A DNA stretch of 64,000 nucleotides from a virus: positions 64,001-128,000 of IMG/VR virus record IMGVR_UViG_3300036770_006434, one strand, 5' to 3'. Numbering within the stretch: position 1 is the stretch's first letter; every line of letters starts with the position of its first letter. Of the stretch, positions 62,844 through 64,000 are shown in pieces. The translations under genes were made by a program, and so were the position numbers. The notes beneath the pieces were generated by a model that ran no database searches, was not told the DNA's origin, and saw nothing but the letters and a program-made list of their open reading frames with translations.

Positions 62844-63809
62844 TTGCCCCGTGTGGACTCGCTGCGAAGAGCATTCCGCGACATATCCGCTGGCTACACT
62901 CGCGGGACCATACTGGGCCGCCCGGCAGTCATAAAACACCTCTCGCACTCGGACCAGATTGATCTGGACGACAAGCGAGAGGAGTTCTATGAATTTGCGC
63001 GCTCTAACGGAGCAAAAACCGACGAAGAGCGGTTGAAGGAGGCTATCAAATCCGGCCAATGGTCCGGTGAAAAAGAGCGGGAACTTGCCCGCGCCAAGAC
63101 GTATATAGAGGAGCTGTATGAGGGTAAGAAAAAGAATGTGAACAACCCGTCCATGGTCAAGGCGTATATGGACAAAATTGAACAGGCCAAAAAGGAGTAT
63201 GAACAGAAACAGATGGATAAGCGCATGGTTTTGGGTCGGACCTGCGAGGTATACGCGGAAGAAGAGATAAACGACTACTATATTCTATACAATCTGTTTA
63301 AGGATATAGACTTACGGATTCCACTATTCAGGGTGGAGGACTTGGATTACGTGCCGGAAAAGGACATGTCCCAAATCTCCAACGACTACCGGAAAGCTAT
63401 GGAACCGTGTTCCGACAAGGGGGTCAAAAAGCTGGCGATGCAGGGCTTTTTCCAACGTTATTTCCAGATTTGCCAAGACGATTTTACCTCCTTTTTTGGT
63501 GTTCCAATCTGCCGGCTGACCTTCAATCAGGTAGACCTTATCCGTTGGGGCTCCCATTTTAAGGGACTCTACTCCAAGCACGACGTATCGAAGTGGCCGA
63601 AAAACGTATTGGATGATCCGGATTTGATGATAGAATACGCTTCTTCCGTGGATGAAAAAAGGCGGGAACTGGAGGAAAAGGGCGCAAATGACGCGGACAC
63701 AATGGTAATTGGCATGAAAGATGAGGACGCCAAAGTAACGGGAGTAAAGTCCCATAACCCTATCCAGAAGATAGCCAATATGGGAATGGACTTCTTTGGC
63801 AAGAAATAG
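62844..63809 (+). CDS. Putative second tail assembly chaperone (start uncertain, TTG or GTG)
   Basis: IKHLSHSDQ...; position upstream of the probable tape measure gene. Confidence 0.45.
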   Translation: MPRVDSLRRAFRDISAGYTRGTILGRPAVIKHLSHSDQIDLDDKREEFYEFARSNGAKTDEERLKEAIKSGQWSGEKERELARAKTYIEELYEGKKKNVNNPSMVKAYMDKIEQAKKEYEQKQMDKRMVLGRTCEVYAEEEINDYYILYNLFKDIDLRIPLFRVEDLDYVPEKDMSQISNDYRKAMEPCSDKGVKKLAMQGFFQRYFQICQDDFTSFFGVPICRLTFNQVDLIRWGSHFKGLYSKHDVSKWPKNVLDDPDLMIEYASSVDEKRRELEEKGANDADTMVIGMKDEDAKVTGVKSHNPIQKIANMGMDFFGKK

Positions 63810-63827
63810 TCCCTGATTCCGTGTAAC
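63803..63827 (+). promoter_or_regulatory. GAAA-N14-GTGTAAC motif
   Basis: Upstream of the ATG at 63887. Confidence 0.6.
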
Positions 63828-63886
63828 AATACGGGAGAGAACTCTGTCACCGGAGTTCCCAAGGAATCCAAAGACCTTTTACCGGA

Positions 63887-64000
63887 ATGGCCGACCAAAC
63901 CTCAGTCACGTTCAACTACGATCTCGCCCCGTCGGCGCAGGTGCAGTCCAAGCTGCAACGGCAGTTCAACGAGTTTGAGAAACGGCTGATCTTTAAGGGG
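63887..64000 (+). CDS. 5' end of a gene truncated by the window edge, possibly tape measure protein
   Basis: MADQTSVTFNYDLAPSAQVQSKLQRQFNEFEKRLIFKG; call is by synteny only. Confidence 0.35.
   Translation, partial: MADQTSVTFNYDLAPSAQVQSKLQRQFNEFEKRLIFKG

Noticed and set aside
61914-63059. 381-aa minus-strand ORF
   Set aside because: Antisense shadow of the chaperone genes.
1-64000. Alternative genetic code (stop-codon reassignment), as seen in some large phages
   Set aside because: Conserved genes (nrdA, nrdB, dnaB, recA, gmd) are full length under code 11 and coding density is high.
1-64000. CRISPR array, tRNA or rRNA genes
   Set aside because: No regularly spaced repeats or tRNA T-loop and anticodon arms were seen by eye. 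tRNAscan-SE and a CRISPR finder should confirm.

Overview
This window is 64 kb of a large tailed dsDNA bacteriophage genome (Caudoviricetes-like). It has a GC-rich backbone with several visibly AT-rich inserts. I found no rRNA, tRNA or CRISPR array by eye. Bases 1-44951 are transcribed leftward. The first part is a replication, recombination and nucleotide module: PD-(D/E)XK nuclease, primase, DnaB, three DNA methyltransferases, three metallophosphoesterases, dUTPase, RecA, intein-split ThyX, Gmd, a lone response-regulator receiver and NrdAB. It is followed by a ~23-kb glycan island (glycosyltransferases, split transketolase, epimerase, kinase, sulfotransferase, SAM methyltransferases). A ~1-kb non-coding strand switch (44952-45978) holds divergent promoters and a hairpin-dense tract. 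The rightward arm carries YopX, glycosyltransferases, a GIY-YIG endonuclease, SSB, a putative annealing protein, head-tail genes, paired tail paralogues, chaperones and the start of a probable tape measure gene. The most unusual items are: (1) a C5 methyltransferase whose motifs are split across two overlapping frames, with an HNH gene overprinted inside it; (2) a Tat-signal protein made of a tail-tip (TipJ-like) segment; (3) a ~600-nt structured non-coding tract behind a near-consensus promoter; (4) two promoter classes, CTTGACN-N16-TANNNT and GAAA-N14-GTGTAAC; (5) a recoded duplicate of a gene's N-terminus flanking a small inserted ORF. All family assignments come from motif recognition and memory, not database searches.
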